Source: a virus. Taken from it: DNA of 64,000 nt. Below, piece after piece: positions 40,082-49,678 of the stretch. The stretch lies in IMG/VR virus record IMGVR_UViG_3300017917_002918, positions 103,402-167,401 of that record; one strand, 5' to 3'. Under the pieces are notes generated by a model. The model searched no databases and had not been told where the DNA came from. It was given only the letters and a program-made list of their open reading frames with translations. Each line of letters starts with the position of its first letter. Positions within the stretch are counted from its first letter, which is position 1. A program made the translations under genes and the position numbers.

Positions 40082-41167
40082 GTGGTGAAGCCGATGTTTA
40101 ATTCTTTTGGTTTTGGCAAATTAAATTATAATAGAATAGATTTACAACAGCAAAATGTTAACATAGATTCTACTGTAATTACATCGACTTCACTAATTTT
40201 AAAACCCAATGTTCAAATACATGTAAATATCGGAGTTAGTGTAACATCTGTAATCACAGTAATAAAGACTACACAAGTAAGCACTGGTATTAATTTGGTA
40301 CATTCTGCGATGATTTCACAAACCTTGTCGAAAACTCCTAGTGTAAGCTTAGGTGTGAGTATTCAGAGCAATCGTGCAGAAGTTACTAGTACGTCTAACG
40401 CTCCTACTATAACAACAAGTTCAAACATAAATATTGGAGTAGTAAAGATAGATTTGCAGTCTAATATAATCACACCAAGTATTGCTTCTTATAGCAATAT
40501 AAATGTAAATACAATTACTTGTGAATCTTCAAGCAATACTACACCACCTATAATACAAATAAGTTCAAATATTGGTGTTATAGCCATTGATTCTGTAGTT
40601 GTATGTAATATTTCGGACGTAGTAGCACAACAAAGTACTAATGCTATTGTAGGTAGTGTTTCAAATTTGGCAACTATCACACAGCCAAGCATTGTGATAG
40701 AAAAAACTATTGAAATTAACAATAACATTCCTATAAATGCAAATATTAAGCCATTAACAGTATCAGGTACAGCACAAGTAAATAGTGTAGTTGTGAATAG
40801 TAGTATGCGTGGCTATATACCTGACATCATAACAACTAAAACAGTAAATATTGATGTTGATAATATAAATGCAATTACACAAATACACCATCCTTCTGTG
40901 GTGGCTGTTAAAAATGCAGATATATTGATAAGTGTTATATCTTGTATAGTCAAGATTAATAGACCTATCGTTAAATATAGTGGATTATCCTATTGTTGTG
41001 ATGTGATAAGTATAAACAGAGATGTTGATATAGATATGATGACTAGAGAAATTCAATTAATAGCTATAGATAGGAATATTGTCAATTTGTTATTAGACAG
41101 AGTAGTGGAATTTAGTAAGAATGACAGAAATGTAATTTTAGAACAAGTAGATTGTCGAGGTGACTGA
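40082..41167 (+). CDS. Val/Ser/Thr/Ile-rich repetitive structural protein
   Basis: About 22-aa degenerate repeats containing P-x-[IV]. Confidence 0.55.
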   Translation: MVKPMFNSFGFGKLNYNRIDLQQQNVNIDSTVITSTSLILKPNVQIHVNIGVSVTSVITVIKTTQVSTGINLVHSAMISQTLSKTPSVSLGVSIQSNRAEVTSTSNAPTITTSSNINIGVVKIDLQSNIITPSIASYSNINVNTITCESSSNTTPPIIQISSNIGVIAIDSVVVCNISDVVAQQSTNAIVGSVSNLATITQPSIVIEKTIEINNNIPINANIKPLTVSGTAQVNSVVVNSSMRGYIPDIITTKTVNIDVDNINAITQIHHPSVVAVKNADILISVISCIVKINRPIVKYSGLSYCCDVISINRDVDIDMMTREIQLIAIDRNIVNLLLDRVVEFSKNDRNVILEQVDCRGD

Positions 41168-41169
41168 TT

Positions 41170-41454
41170 TTGTCTATAATAGGTAATACCGTTAGACTAC
41201 AAGCAACATTTAAAAGATTTGACGGTATTTTGTCAGATCCAGAATCACTCACTTTCAAAGTGTATGATTCATCTAAGCGTTTAATTTTTGCAGATAATTT
41301 AACAAATATAAATAAAATTAGTGTTGGTTTGTATTATTATGATTACCTAATACCTAATGGTATTGGTGATTTAACATATGAATTTTCAGGAATATTAGAG
41401 GGTAGTGTCATTCTCGGAAGAGGTAATATTGACAGAGAATTTAAGTCTATGTAA
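41170..41454 (+). CDS. small Ig-like structural protein
   Basis: GNTVRL...F....G.L.DP....VG.Y.YDY. Confidence 0.55.
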   Translation: MSIIGNTVRLQATFKRFDGILSDPESLTFKVYDSSKRLIFADNLTNINKISVGLYYYDYLIPNGIGDLTYEFSGILEGSVILGRGNIDREFKSM

Positions 41455-41583
41455 TTAACTTATGATTCTATTGACAAATATATAATTGTGTGTTATGATA
41501 AATATATAAGAAACAAATATTCATCTGAATTCTTACTTTGCTTGTGGGCTTTGTAAAGTTTAGAAATATCATGTAATTAAATT

Positions 41584-41796
41584 ATGATAACAGAGAAAAG
41601 GGAGAATGATTCGTTTATGGCAAAACCAATAGTTGAAAAACATTCTAAGTCATTGATAGGTACGTTGAACCTCAATAACATGACTATGGAATTCGAAGAT
41701 GACATTGGAACTAAAGAATTGAAAGATTTGTTAGCACGTTTTGACGGAGAATATGTGACGATTAGTGTATCATTGAAGTCAGAGACAGACGAGTAA
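41584..41796 (+). CDS. yonK: YonK-like protein
   Basis: G.L.....E......LKDLL..FDG..V.ISV; SPbeta-like synteny. Confidence 0.7.
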   Translation: MITEKRENDSFMAKPIVEKHSKSLIGTLNLNNMTMEFEDDIGTKELKDLLARFDGEYVTISVSLKSETDE

Positions 41797-41981
41797 TATA
41801 TAGTAGTAAATTCAATTTACTAATTTCTCAACTCCTCTATGAGTATCATTGTTAATAATTAATGGTGGTACTCAAAATAAGTCAACTGTGAGTCTTAATA
41901 CCAGTTTAAATCTGGTAGTTGGCAGAGAATCGTTTTGATTCTATTAATACATAATTTATAAGAGAAAAAGGAGAAATTAAA

Positions 41982-42254
41982 ATGAACAAAAATGAATTAA
42001 TTGCAGTAATGGCAGGAAAAGCAGAAATGACAAAGAAAGACACAGCTATCGCACTAAGTGCATTCCAAGAAACTGTTTCAGAAGCTTTAGCAAATGGTGA
42101 AAAAGTTGCAATATCAGGATTTGGTACATTTACACCTAAAGAAAGAGCCGAAAGAGTTGGAAGAAACCCTCTAACTGGTGCAGAAATAGCTATTCCTGCT
42201 AAAACAGTAGCGACATTTAAAGCTAGTAAAGTTTTAAAAGATCTATTAGCATAA
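41982..42254 (+). CDS. hup: HU family DNA-binding protein
   Basis: MNKNELI, GFGTF, RVGRNP.TG..I.IPA, FKASK.LKD. Confidence 0.95.
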   Translation: MNKNELIAVMAGKAEMTKKDTAIALSAFQETVSEALANGEKVAISGFGTFTPKERAERVGRNPLTGAEIAIPAKTVATFKASKVLKDLLA

Positions 42255-42310
42255 TTAGTATTTCATTGATATGGGGTTGGTGATTCATTGCTAATCCCAT
42301 AATTTTATAT

Positions 42311-42384
42311 ATGAGAATACGACAATGGCAGTCTCAGAGTCTCCAAAACTCTTAGTCTTGGTTCGAATCCAAGTTCTCATGCCA
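42311..42384 (+). tRNA. tRNA-Trp(CCA)
   Basis: Cloverleaf: ATGAGAA/TTCTCAT acceptor, AGAGT CTCCAAA ACTCT anticodon arm, CTTGG TTCGAAT CCAAG T-arm, G73 + CCA. Confidence 0.92.
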
Positions 42385-42455
42385 ACATTAAATATAACAA
42401 AAAGTACGTCAAATACCAAATAACGTTATGATCTATGGAGTAAAAGGAGGCAGTA

Positions 42456-43688
42456 ATGGGGGATTTTCTAATTAAACAAGAACACGAGACGCAATTTGAT
42501 TACATAAAAAGAATTATAACTTCAAAACTAGACAAAACAATAGACATTGATTATGTTACATTATCACTACCTGTATTCGGACAAGAACTTAGTGAATCAG
42601 AATGTAGAAAAAGAATGTATGGGTGTAAGAAATTATTGGATGTAATTGAAGAACAACAAATGAACATGGTGTCAAACCAATCTGAGAATGACATATTGGA
42701 AAAGATCAAAAATGAAAAATATGAGCTTCAAAAAGAAAAAGTTAAGGTTCAAACAGAAACCTTGTTTTTAAAACAAATCACAAGAGAACAAGCGAGAGCA
42801 GATTTATTTGAAGAAAAAGTGTTAGAAGCAATTAAAAATAGAATAAAAAAAATAACCATACCAACAAGAACAATACTAAAAACATCGAAAGATAGTGAAA
42901 TGATTTTAACAATAACAGATCAACACTATGGAACAGAGTTTAAAATCAAGGGTATGCTTGGTGAAATAATAAATGAATACAGTCCCGAAGTCTTTGAAAA
43001 AAGAATGTGGGAAGTATTAGATAAAACAGTGTCTTTTGCAGAAAAAAACGGATTTGATTCAGTTAAATTATTTGATCTGGGAGACAATATTGACGGACTT
43101 CTTCATTTAGGTCAGCTTATGTCACTGAGATGGGGCGCTACAGACAGTGCAATATTATATGCAGATTTCATGGAAACATGGATTAACGAATTGTCTAAGT
43201 ATTTGAGAGTCGATATATACAGAGCCAACGGGAATCATGATGAATTACGTTTGTTATCTGGTAAAAAGGGAGATTTTCCTCAAGAAAACATTGGTAAAAT
43301 AATAACTCATATAATTAAAAAGGGATTAATAAACAATCCAAATGTAAATGTAATTGAGCAAAATCCTGTTGGATGTATATATACAAAAATAGCAGGATTT
43401 GATGTTTTAGCAGTTCATGGACAAAACGAAAAAGGTGGTTTGGAGTCTTCATTTAAAAACTATATTTCAAATTATAGACTCAACATAGATTATTTGTTGT
43501 CGGGACATTTACATAGTACAACTCTCAAAGAAATAGGGATTAATCAAGAAATAATACAATCTCCATCATTAGTAGGAACAAATGAATATGCTCAAACTAT
43601 TAAAAAGATGTCAAATGCAGGAGCAAAAATAGTGGTGTTAACCCAAGGTTATGGTAGAGAGCACGAGCACAACATAATATTAAAGTAA
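42456..43688 (+). CDS. YonJ-like metallophosphoesterase
   Basis: TDQHYG, LGDNIDG, GNHDE, VHG, GHLH calcineurin-like motifs. Confidence 0.85.
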   Translation: MGDFLIKQEHETQFDYIKRIITSKLDKTIDIDYVTLSLPVFGQELSESECRKRMYGCKKLLDVIEEQQMNMVSNQSENDILEKIKNEKYELQKEKVKVQTETLFLKQITREQARADLFEEKVLEAIKNRIKKITIPTRTILKTSKDSEMILTITDQHYGTEFKIKGMLGEIINEYSPEVFEKRMWEVLDKTVSFAEKNGFDSVKLFDLGDNIDGLLHLGQLMSLRWGATDSAILYADFMETWINELSKYLRVDIYRANGNHDELRLLSGKKGDFPQENIGKIITHIIKKGLINNPNVNVIEQNPVGCIYTKIAGFDVLAVHGQNEKGGLESSFKNYISNYRLNIDYLLSGHLHSTTLKEIGINQEIIQSPSLVGTNEYAQTIKKMSNAGAKIVVLTQGYGREHEHNIILK

Positions 43689-43747
43689 TTGTTATAATTA
43701 ATTTATGATAACAGTATAAAATTTATGAGTCAAAGGAGTAATGGCGT

Positions 43748-44344
43748 ATGCATGAGATGGCTATAGCTGTTAATAGTGGAACTAGCTTTATTGAAAGTGT
43801 ATTTGAGAAAAATATAGAACAAAGAAAAATTATACTCAACGAAGATATAACATCTGACATTGTTGAAAAAGCAATAATGCAAATTATAAAATGGAACGAA
43901 GAAGATGACGCAAATGGATTAGAAGGTGCGGATAGAAAAAGAATCACAATGTACATAAACTCCTCTGGTGGAGAAGTTAATATTGGTTTTTGTTTATGTA
44001 ATGTTATGGAAAACAGTAAAACTGAAATAGAAACAATTACTCTTGGCACAAGTGCATCTATGGCAGCTTATATAGCTATGGCAGGTACAAAAGGATTGAG
44101 AAAGTGCTATCCATTTAGTACATATCTTGTACATGCAGGAAGCATGGTTGTAGGTGGAAATGCAAATGAAGTTGAGGATACAGTTAAATATTATACTGAT
44201 ATGAAGACTGAGATTGCCAAATTTGTTTACAGGCATTCGAAAATAACTCCTGCAACTTATAAGAAAAAATCTAAAGTTGAGTGGTTTTTCTCATCAAAAG
44301 AAGCTAAACGATTAGGTGTTGTAGATGTGGTTATAGGTGAATAA
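43748..44344 (+). CDS. clpP: ClpP-family protease
   Basis: YINSSGG, G.SASMA (catalytic Ser), LVH, EA..LG.VD. Confidence 0.85.
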   Translation: MHEMAIAVNSGTSFIESVFEKNIEQRKIILNEDITSDIVEKAIMQIIKWNEEDDANGLEGADRKRITMYINSSGGEVNIGFCLCNVMENSKTEIETITLGTSASMAAYIAMAGTKGLRKCYPFSTYLVHAGSMVVGGNANEVEDTVKYYTDMKTEIAKFVYRHSKITPATYKKKSKVEWFFSSKEAKRLGVVDVVIGE

Positions 44345-44358
44345 TTGGTGATATTAAT

Positions 44359-44387
44359 GAGAGAATCTAAATTTAGATTCTCTTTTT
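44359..44387 (+). terminator. intrinsic terminator
   Basis: AGAGAATCTAA/TTAGATTCTCT hairpin followed by a T run. Confidence 0.7.
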
Positions 44388-44414
44388 GTTGAGTAAAAGG
44401 GGTGAGAGCAATAA

Positions 44415-45272
44415 ATGGCGGGAAGTGGAAGACCAAAAAGTGTTAAATCAAAAAATAAAGCAGACGTAGTAAAAAAAGCAGTAAATGACAATAAAAAGAT
44501 TACTTGTGCAGGTTGTAACTTGATAAAATCAAAAGTAGACTTCTATGTTAGTTACAATCCAATACATCACACTGGTAGAGTTCCCTATTGCAAGAAATGT
44601 ACAAAGCAAATGATAAGTGATAAGGGCAATGTAATACTTGAGAAAGTAAAGAATACACTACAGTTAATAGATAAGCCATTTATTTATGATATATGGAAAA
44701 CTTCTATTGATGAAAGTGGAGATACTTTTGGTAACTATATCAAGAACATAGCTATGCATCAATTTCGTGATTTCTCTTGGAAAGACTCTATATTCGAGCC
44801 ACAAGGGGATTCCAAGTTAAATTATGAGTTATCAGATATGGCATCTAGCAATGAAGTTACATATAGTGAAAAGTGGATGGGTAATTACACTAAGAGTGAG
44901 TTGGACTATTTAGAAAAATATATGACAGGTTTGAATAATGATTTCAAAATTAATACTGAGAATCACAAAGACTATGCTAAGAAAATAGCAAAGGCAAGTC
45001 TATACATGGACAAGTGTTTTGAGGATATGATGGTTGGTGTTCAAGGGGCTGATAAGCGATATAAGGATGCGAAAGAAGTATTTGACGGCTTGAGCAAGTC
45101 CGCTCAATTTGCTGAATCAGGTAGAGGGCAAAATGATGTGTCTCTCGGTTGTTTTGGCAAAGTGTTTGAGAAGGTCGAAGCTAAATCATGGGTATTCGAA
45201 CATATCCCATTGGACGAAGATGGTATAGACAAGATAATCAATCAATTTAGTAATATAAACAAATCGTTGTAA
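44415..45272 (+). CDS. YonG-like protein, candidate terminase small subunit
   Basis: C..C...FY......PYCK.C Zn motif; directly upstream of terL. Confidence 0.6.
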   Translation: MAGSGRPKSVKSKNKADVVKKAVNDNKKITCAGCNLIKSKVDFYVSYNPIHHTGRVPYCKKCTKQMISDKGNVILEKVKNTLQLIDKPFIYDIWKTSIDESGDTFGNYIKNIAMHQFRDFSWKDSIFEPQGDSKLNYELSDMASSNEVTYSEKWMGNYTKSELDYLEKYMTGLNNDFKINTENHKDYAKKIAKASLYMDKCFEDMMVGVQGADKRYKDAKEVFDGLSKSAQFAESGRGQNDVSLGCFGKVFEKVEAKSWVFEHIPLDEDGIDKIINQFSNINKSL

Positions 45273-45285
45273 GTTGGTGAAGTAA

Positions 45286-47272
45286 ATGGCTAAAAATTTT
45301 AGTATTAAAAGTAGAAAAGTAAAAGATGGCAATTTTGAGAACTATGATCAAGCTGATAGTTATGATCCAGTCAATGAAGAAAATATAGACATTGAAGAAT
45401 GGTCAAAATTTATGGCTTATTACAGATATTACATTGACGAATTTGCTGTTAATATTTTGAAAATTAAACTATATCCATTTCAAAGATTAATATTACGTGC
45501 AATGGCTAGACATCAAAACAGTATGCTGATTTGTTGCAGGGGTATCGGTATACATAATGCCGACTTGAGCAGTAATGCTCTCGATTAAAGTGCGGAATTA
45601 AGCGAGGAAGTCCACCTTAGATGGATAACTCGAACCGAAGGCTAAATGGCTTGTTTAGTCAGGTGCAGAGCATAGATGTCGGAATAATACATCCAAGAGA
45701 CCGCGCCATCTTGCATTGTGTAAGATGAAAATATATGCCGAACTGCATAAATGGTAAATATGCAGAACTAGGGGATAAAAAGCCCCTAGGATAACAAAAT
45801 TGAAATCTTGGCTATCAGCAGTATTCTTCATTTGCATGGCGATTCTTTATCCAGGTATTAAATGTGGAATAGCATCTGGTAATGGTCAACAAGCACGTAA
45901 TGTTATTTTGCAGAAAATCAAAGGTGAATTAGCTAAAAATCAAAATATAGCAAGAGAAATAAATCATCCCATCAAGACAGGATTAGATGATTGTGTTGTA
46001 AATTTTAAAAATGGTTCAGAGGTTAGAGCAATTGTGCTTGGTCAAAATCAAGGTGGGGACTCTGCCAGATCGTGGAGATTTCACGCCATTCTAATTGACG
46101 AAGCAAGGCTTGTTAAAGAAACAATCATAGAAGAGATTTTAATTCCTATGACAAAGACGAAACGACCAATTGCTATCGAACATAATCAGCCCGAAAAAGG
46201 TAAAGTAATTTTTATATCTTCAGCATATCTAAAAACAAGCGACCTGTATAAACGTTTTATGTTTCATTATAGGGAAATGACGAAGGGTAAGAGAGATTAT
46301 TATGTATGTACTTTACCTTGGGAAGTTGGTTCTGACGCAAGTATATTTGACAAAGACGATATTTTAAAAGAATTAGATAAACCAACAATGACCAAAGACA
46401 AATTTGAATATGAATACAACGCTGTATTCGTTGGTAGTTCTAATGAAAGTTATTATCCGTATGAATTAACAGAACCTTGCAGAGTGTTGACAAAAGGTGA
46501 ACTGGAGCAACCTAAAAAATCTAATTCATCATATATTATAGTTCATGACGTTGCGATTAGTGATTCAAGAGGATCTGATAATGCATGTACGCATGTAATT
46601 AAAATAAAATTAAGACCTAATGGTACATACTTCAAAGAGTTAGTGTTTACAAAGACACATAACGGTATGACACTTCCTCAACAACGTGATTATTTGCGTG
46701 AATTGGTACATATACGATTCCCTAACTGTGAAAAACTAGTTATTGACACAATGGGTAATGGTGGTGCTCTTCCTTCTTTATTTTATGAACCTTGGGAATA
46801 TACCGATGAAAAAACTAAACAAACAATAGAATATCCACCTTTGATTAAAGATGATGATATTGCAGGTTGTACATTAAAAAATGCAATACCATTGATTAGA
46901 GGATATTCAGCTACAAATGTGTTCAATAATTTCTTTTATCCATATATGAAGGCTTGTTTTGAAGATAATAGTATAAGATTACTTATCCCTTCTGAGCAAC
47001 AAGACTCAGCATATAAAAGTGGTGAAATGACAGCAGAAGAATATGTATTGCATATTGAAGCAGATTTTCTTTTGCAAGAGTTGAGTAATATTAAGCAAGA
47101 CATGACGGAACAAAGAAGTATTGTATATGAACGTATTGTTAAAACAAAGAAACGTGATAGAGCAACTTCATTAGGTTATGGTTTGGCTTATATTGCTGAG
47201 TTAGAAACTGAGAATAAAAAACATCTATATACAGAAGATGTTGATTTAGAAGATTATATATTCTTCATGTAG
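45286..47272 (+). CDS. terL: terminase large subunit; exons 45286-45549 and 45803-47272 (577 aa spliced)
   Basis: LYPFQ; Walker A RGIG|KS restored by splicing; IDEAR; FISSA; nuclease HDVA, IDTMGNG, KRDRATS. Confidence 0.9.
45550..45802 (+). ncRNA. group I intron (253 nt, no ORF) in terL
   Basis: P1 UCGGU/GCCGA with U.G pair; P7 G(A)GCAUA/UAUGCC; P9.0 AA/UU; terminal G; removal restores frame and Walker A. Confidence 0.9.
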
Positions 47273-47297
47273 ATAATTGATGATGGGCGGTGTACAA

Positions 47298-48881
47298 ATG
47301 GCAGGAAGACCAAAAAAGGCAAAGGATAATAACACTTTGTCTGAACAAGAAGTGTGGGACGTTATTTCGTTTGCTAGAGAAATGTATAACATGTATCCAG
47401 GCGTATACAACCCTGATATCGTTAACAGTAGGCTAAAAGACATAACATTAAACCCACTCAATGGAACAGCAGAACAAATAGACCAAGCATTATCCAATCC
47501 AAAAAATAGCGAAGATCAATTAAGACGATTTTCCCATTTTTTCGAGAATGTGGATATGCTATATAAAAGACAAATCTTGTATTTAGGGAATTTATTATCA
47601 TTTGATTTGTCTTGGACATTTACAAATGTAAACAAAGCTTCAGAATACAATAGTCCTGCATTTAAGAAGGATGAGAAAATTTTACATGATTTCTTAGATA
47701 AGTTTGATGTTAAGGCGGAATTTAAAAAAATAACAAGACAATTATTTCGTCAAGAAGTTTGTTATACTTCTTTTAGAGATGAAGGTGATAAGTATGTTTT
47801 GCAAGAGCTTGATCCTGAAAGATGTAAAATCACGGGTAGATTTGAATATGGATTGTTATTTGACTTTGATATGCAATATTTTATGATATCTGGTAACTCC
47901 CTTGACATGTACCATAGTTCATTTAAAAAATATTGGGATAGAATTATGGATCAAAGAGGTAGTAACAATTACATTCCATCAAGGACGTTAGATGAACGTA
48001 CTGGTCAATGGTCGTATTGGGTTATGACTAGTCCAGAAGACAATTGTTGGGCATTTAAATTAAATCCTGAAATTGGAACAAAAATACCATTTTTTGCACC
48101 ATTGTTTCCAGAATTAGTGAATAAACCATTGATACGCAATCTCCAAAAATCAAAATATATTGCAGAAGCTAGTAAGTTACTTGTTGGATTTATAGGTTTC
48201 AATAAGGACAATAAGTCAGGAAGTCAAAAAGACTCATTAAACATAACTGTAGAAACCGCAGGTAGATTTGCTAATCTAATTAGAAGTGCGCTTGAGAAGG
48301 ACATTAAATTTGGTATAACACCATTTGAGGACATTAAACAATACGAATGGGAATCTGGCGATGTAAATATTTATGATCAGTACAACAAGGTGACAGTGAG
48401 TCAGAGTGGCACGAATACTAAACTCTTGTATAATAGTGATAAGGCGAATGTCGTGGAAACCAAGAATAGCATAGCTTTGGACGAACACGTAGTTGAATAT
48501 ACTTATAGTATGTTCGAGAATTTCTTGGAATATTACATTAATAAGAAGTTAAAAACATACAAAGTTAAGTTTAAGTTTGAAGGTACTGAAATGCCTGACA
48601 ACAAAGACAAAAGATTAAATGATGCAATGTCGATGATGAACCTCGGAGTTGTACTTCCGCATAAAATAGCAAATGCACTATCTATGCAATATCAGGACTT
48701 GGATAGACAATTGACATATGCAAAGGCTACAGGGTTTATTGATAAATTAATGCCTATCATATCTGCGTATCAGCAATCGTCAAAAGATGTTGAGAATGGT
48801 AGACCTGAAAAGAAATCATCTGACTTAACTGATTCTGGTGCAGAAACAAAAGGGCAAGGTTCAAATGTTGAAAAGGAATAA
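47298..48881 (+). CDS. portal protein (YonE-like)
   Basis: About 527 aa after terL; L....CKITG.....FDM.YF; C-terminal GRP. Confidence 0.8.
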   Translation: MAGRPKKAKDNNTLSEQEVWDVISFAREMYNMYPGVYNPDIVNSRLKDITLNPLNGTAEQIDQALSNPKNSEDQLRRFSHFFENVDMLYKRQILYLGNLLSFDLSWTFTNVNKASEYNSPAFKKDEKILHDFLDKFDVKAEFKKITRQLFRQEVCYTSFRDEGDKYVLQELDPERCKITGRFEYGLLFDFDMQYFMISGNSLDMYHSSFKKYWDRIMDQRGSNNYIPSRTLDERTGQWSYWVMTSPEDNCWAFKLNPEIGTKIPFFAPLFPELVNKPLIRNLQKSKYIAEASKLLVGFIGFNKDNKSGSQKDSLNITVETAGRFANLIRSALEKDIKFGITPFEDIKQYEWESGDVNIYDQYNKVTVSQSGTNTKLLYNSDKANVVETKNSIALDEHVVEYTYSMFENFLEYYINKKLKTYKVKFKFEGTEMPDNKDKRLNDAMSMMNLGVVLPHKIANALSMQYQDLDRQLTYAKATGFIDKLMPIISAYQQSSKDVENGRPEKKSSDLTDSGAETKGQGSNVEKE

Positions 48882-48891
48882 TTAAATTATG

Positions 48892-48922
48892 AACTATCAC
48901 TTTATAAAGTGATAGTTTTTTT
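48892..48922 (+). terminator. intrinsic terminator
   Basis: AACTATCACTT/AAGTGATAGTT hairpin followed by a T run. Confidence 0.7.
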
Positions 48923-48958
48923 GCATAAAATTATAAAAAGGAAGGTGAGCATCTTACA

Positions 48959-49435
48959 ATGAAACTCACACAAGAATTAAATGACGCATTAAACAATCAG
49001 ATACAACATGAATTGCGAAATCAAAATATATATTTGCAAATAGCTTCATATTTTGAATTGTTACAATTGAAACATTTATCTAAATATTTTATGAATCAAG
49101 CCAAACATGAAAAGGAACATGCGGATTTATTTATTAACCACATTAATGATAGAACTGGTGGAATTGTAGAAATACTAGAAATAGATGCACCAATGAAAAA
49201 TATTCAATCTATTGAGGATGTAGCTAAAATATATGTTGAGGTTGAAGAATCAACAACCGAGTCAATTGAAGAAATTTATTCTTTGGCTTTTGAACAAAGA
49301 TCCTATATGGATTTACCATTCTTATCTACTATGCTAAATGAACAAGTAGAAGAAGAAGATTCAGCAAATGAATTAGCAATGAAGTTGAAAATGTGTAAAG
49401 ACATTGTATTATTCGATGCAACATTACAAGTATAG
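48959..49435 (+). CDS. ftnA: non-haem ferritin
   Basis: LN.QI..EL....Y, QA..E.EHA, E...T, EQVEEE ferroxidase residues. Confidence 0.9.
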   Translation: MKLTQELNDALNNQIQHELRNQNIYLQIASYFELLQLKHLSKYFMNQAKHEKEHADLFINHINDRTGGIVEILEIDAPMKNIQSIEDVAKIYVEVEESTTESIEEIYSLAFEQRSYMDLPFLSTMLNEQVEEEDSANELAMKLKMCKDIVLFDATLQV

Positions 49436-49451
49436 AAATGTGGTGATTAGT

Positions 49452-49646
49452 ATGTTTATACAAGATACCTCTTCCCTATCTCCTGACAAAAAAATTATAG
49501 TTAGTAGAAGAATGGGCGAATATTTGATTAATAAATATCACATACCTGTACTTTCAATATGTTTAGATGATTACATTTTTGCTAACACAGAGGAATTGCA
49601 AACAGCGTTGAGCCAATTACCTTGGTATGTGAAGTTGTTTTATTAA
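49452..49646 (+). CDS. small conserved phage protein
   Basis: MFI....YL....IP.L......F..TEEL..AL..LP. Confidence 0.6.
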   Translation: MFIQDTSSLSPDKKIIVSRRMGEYLINKYHIPVLSICLDDYIFANTEELQTALSQLPWYVKLFY

Positions 49647-49678
49647 TTATTTCATTTTAATTAATTTATAAATATATT

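Noticed and set aside
45286-47272. Two separate terminase genes or a frameshifted pseudogene
   Set aside because: The gap is a group I intron whose removal restores Walker A
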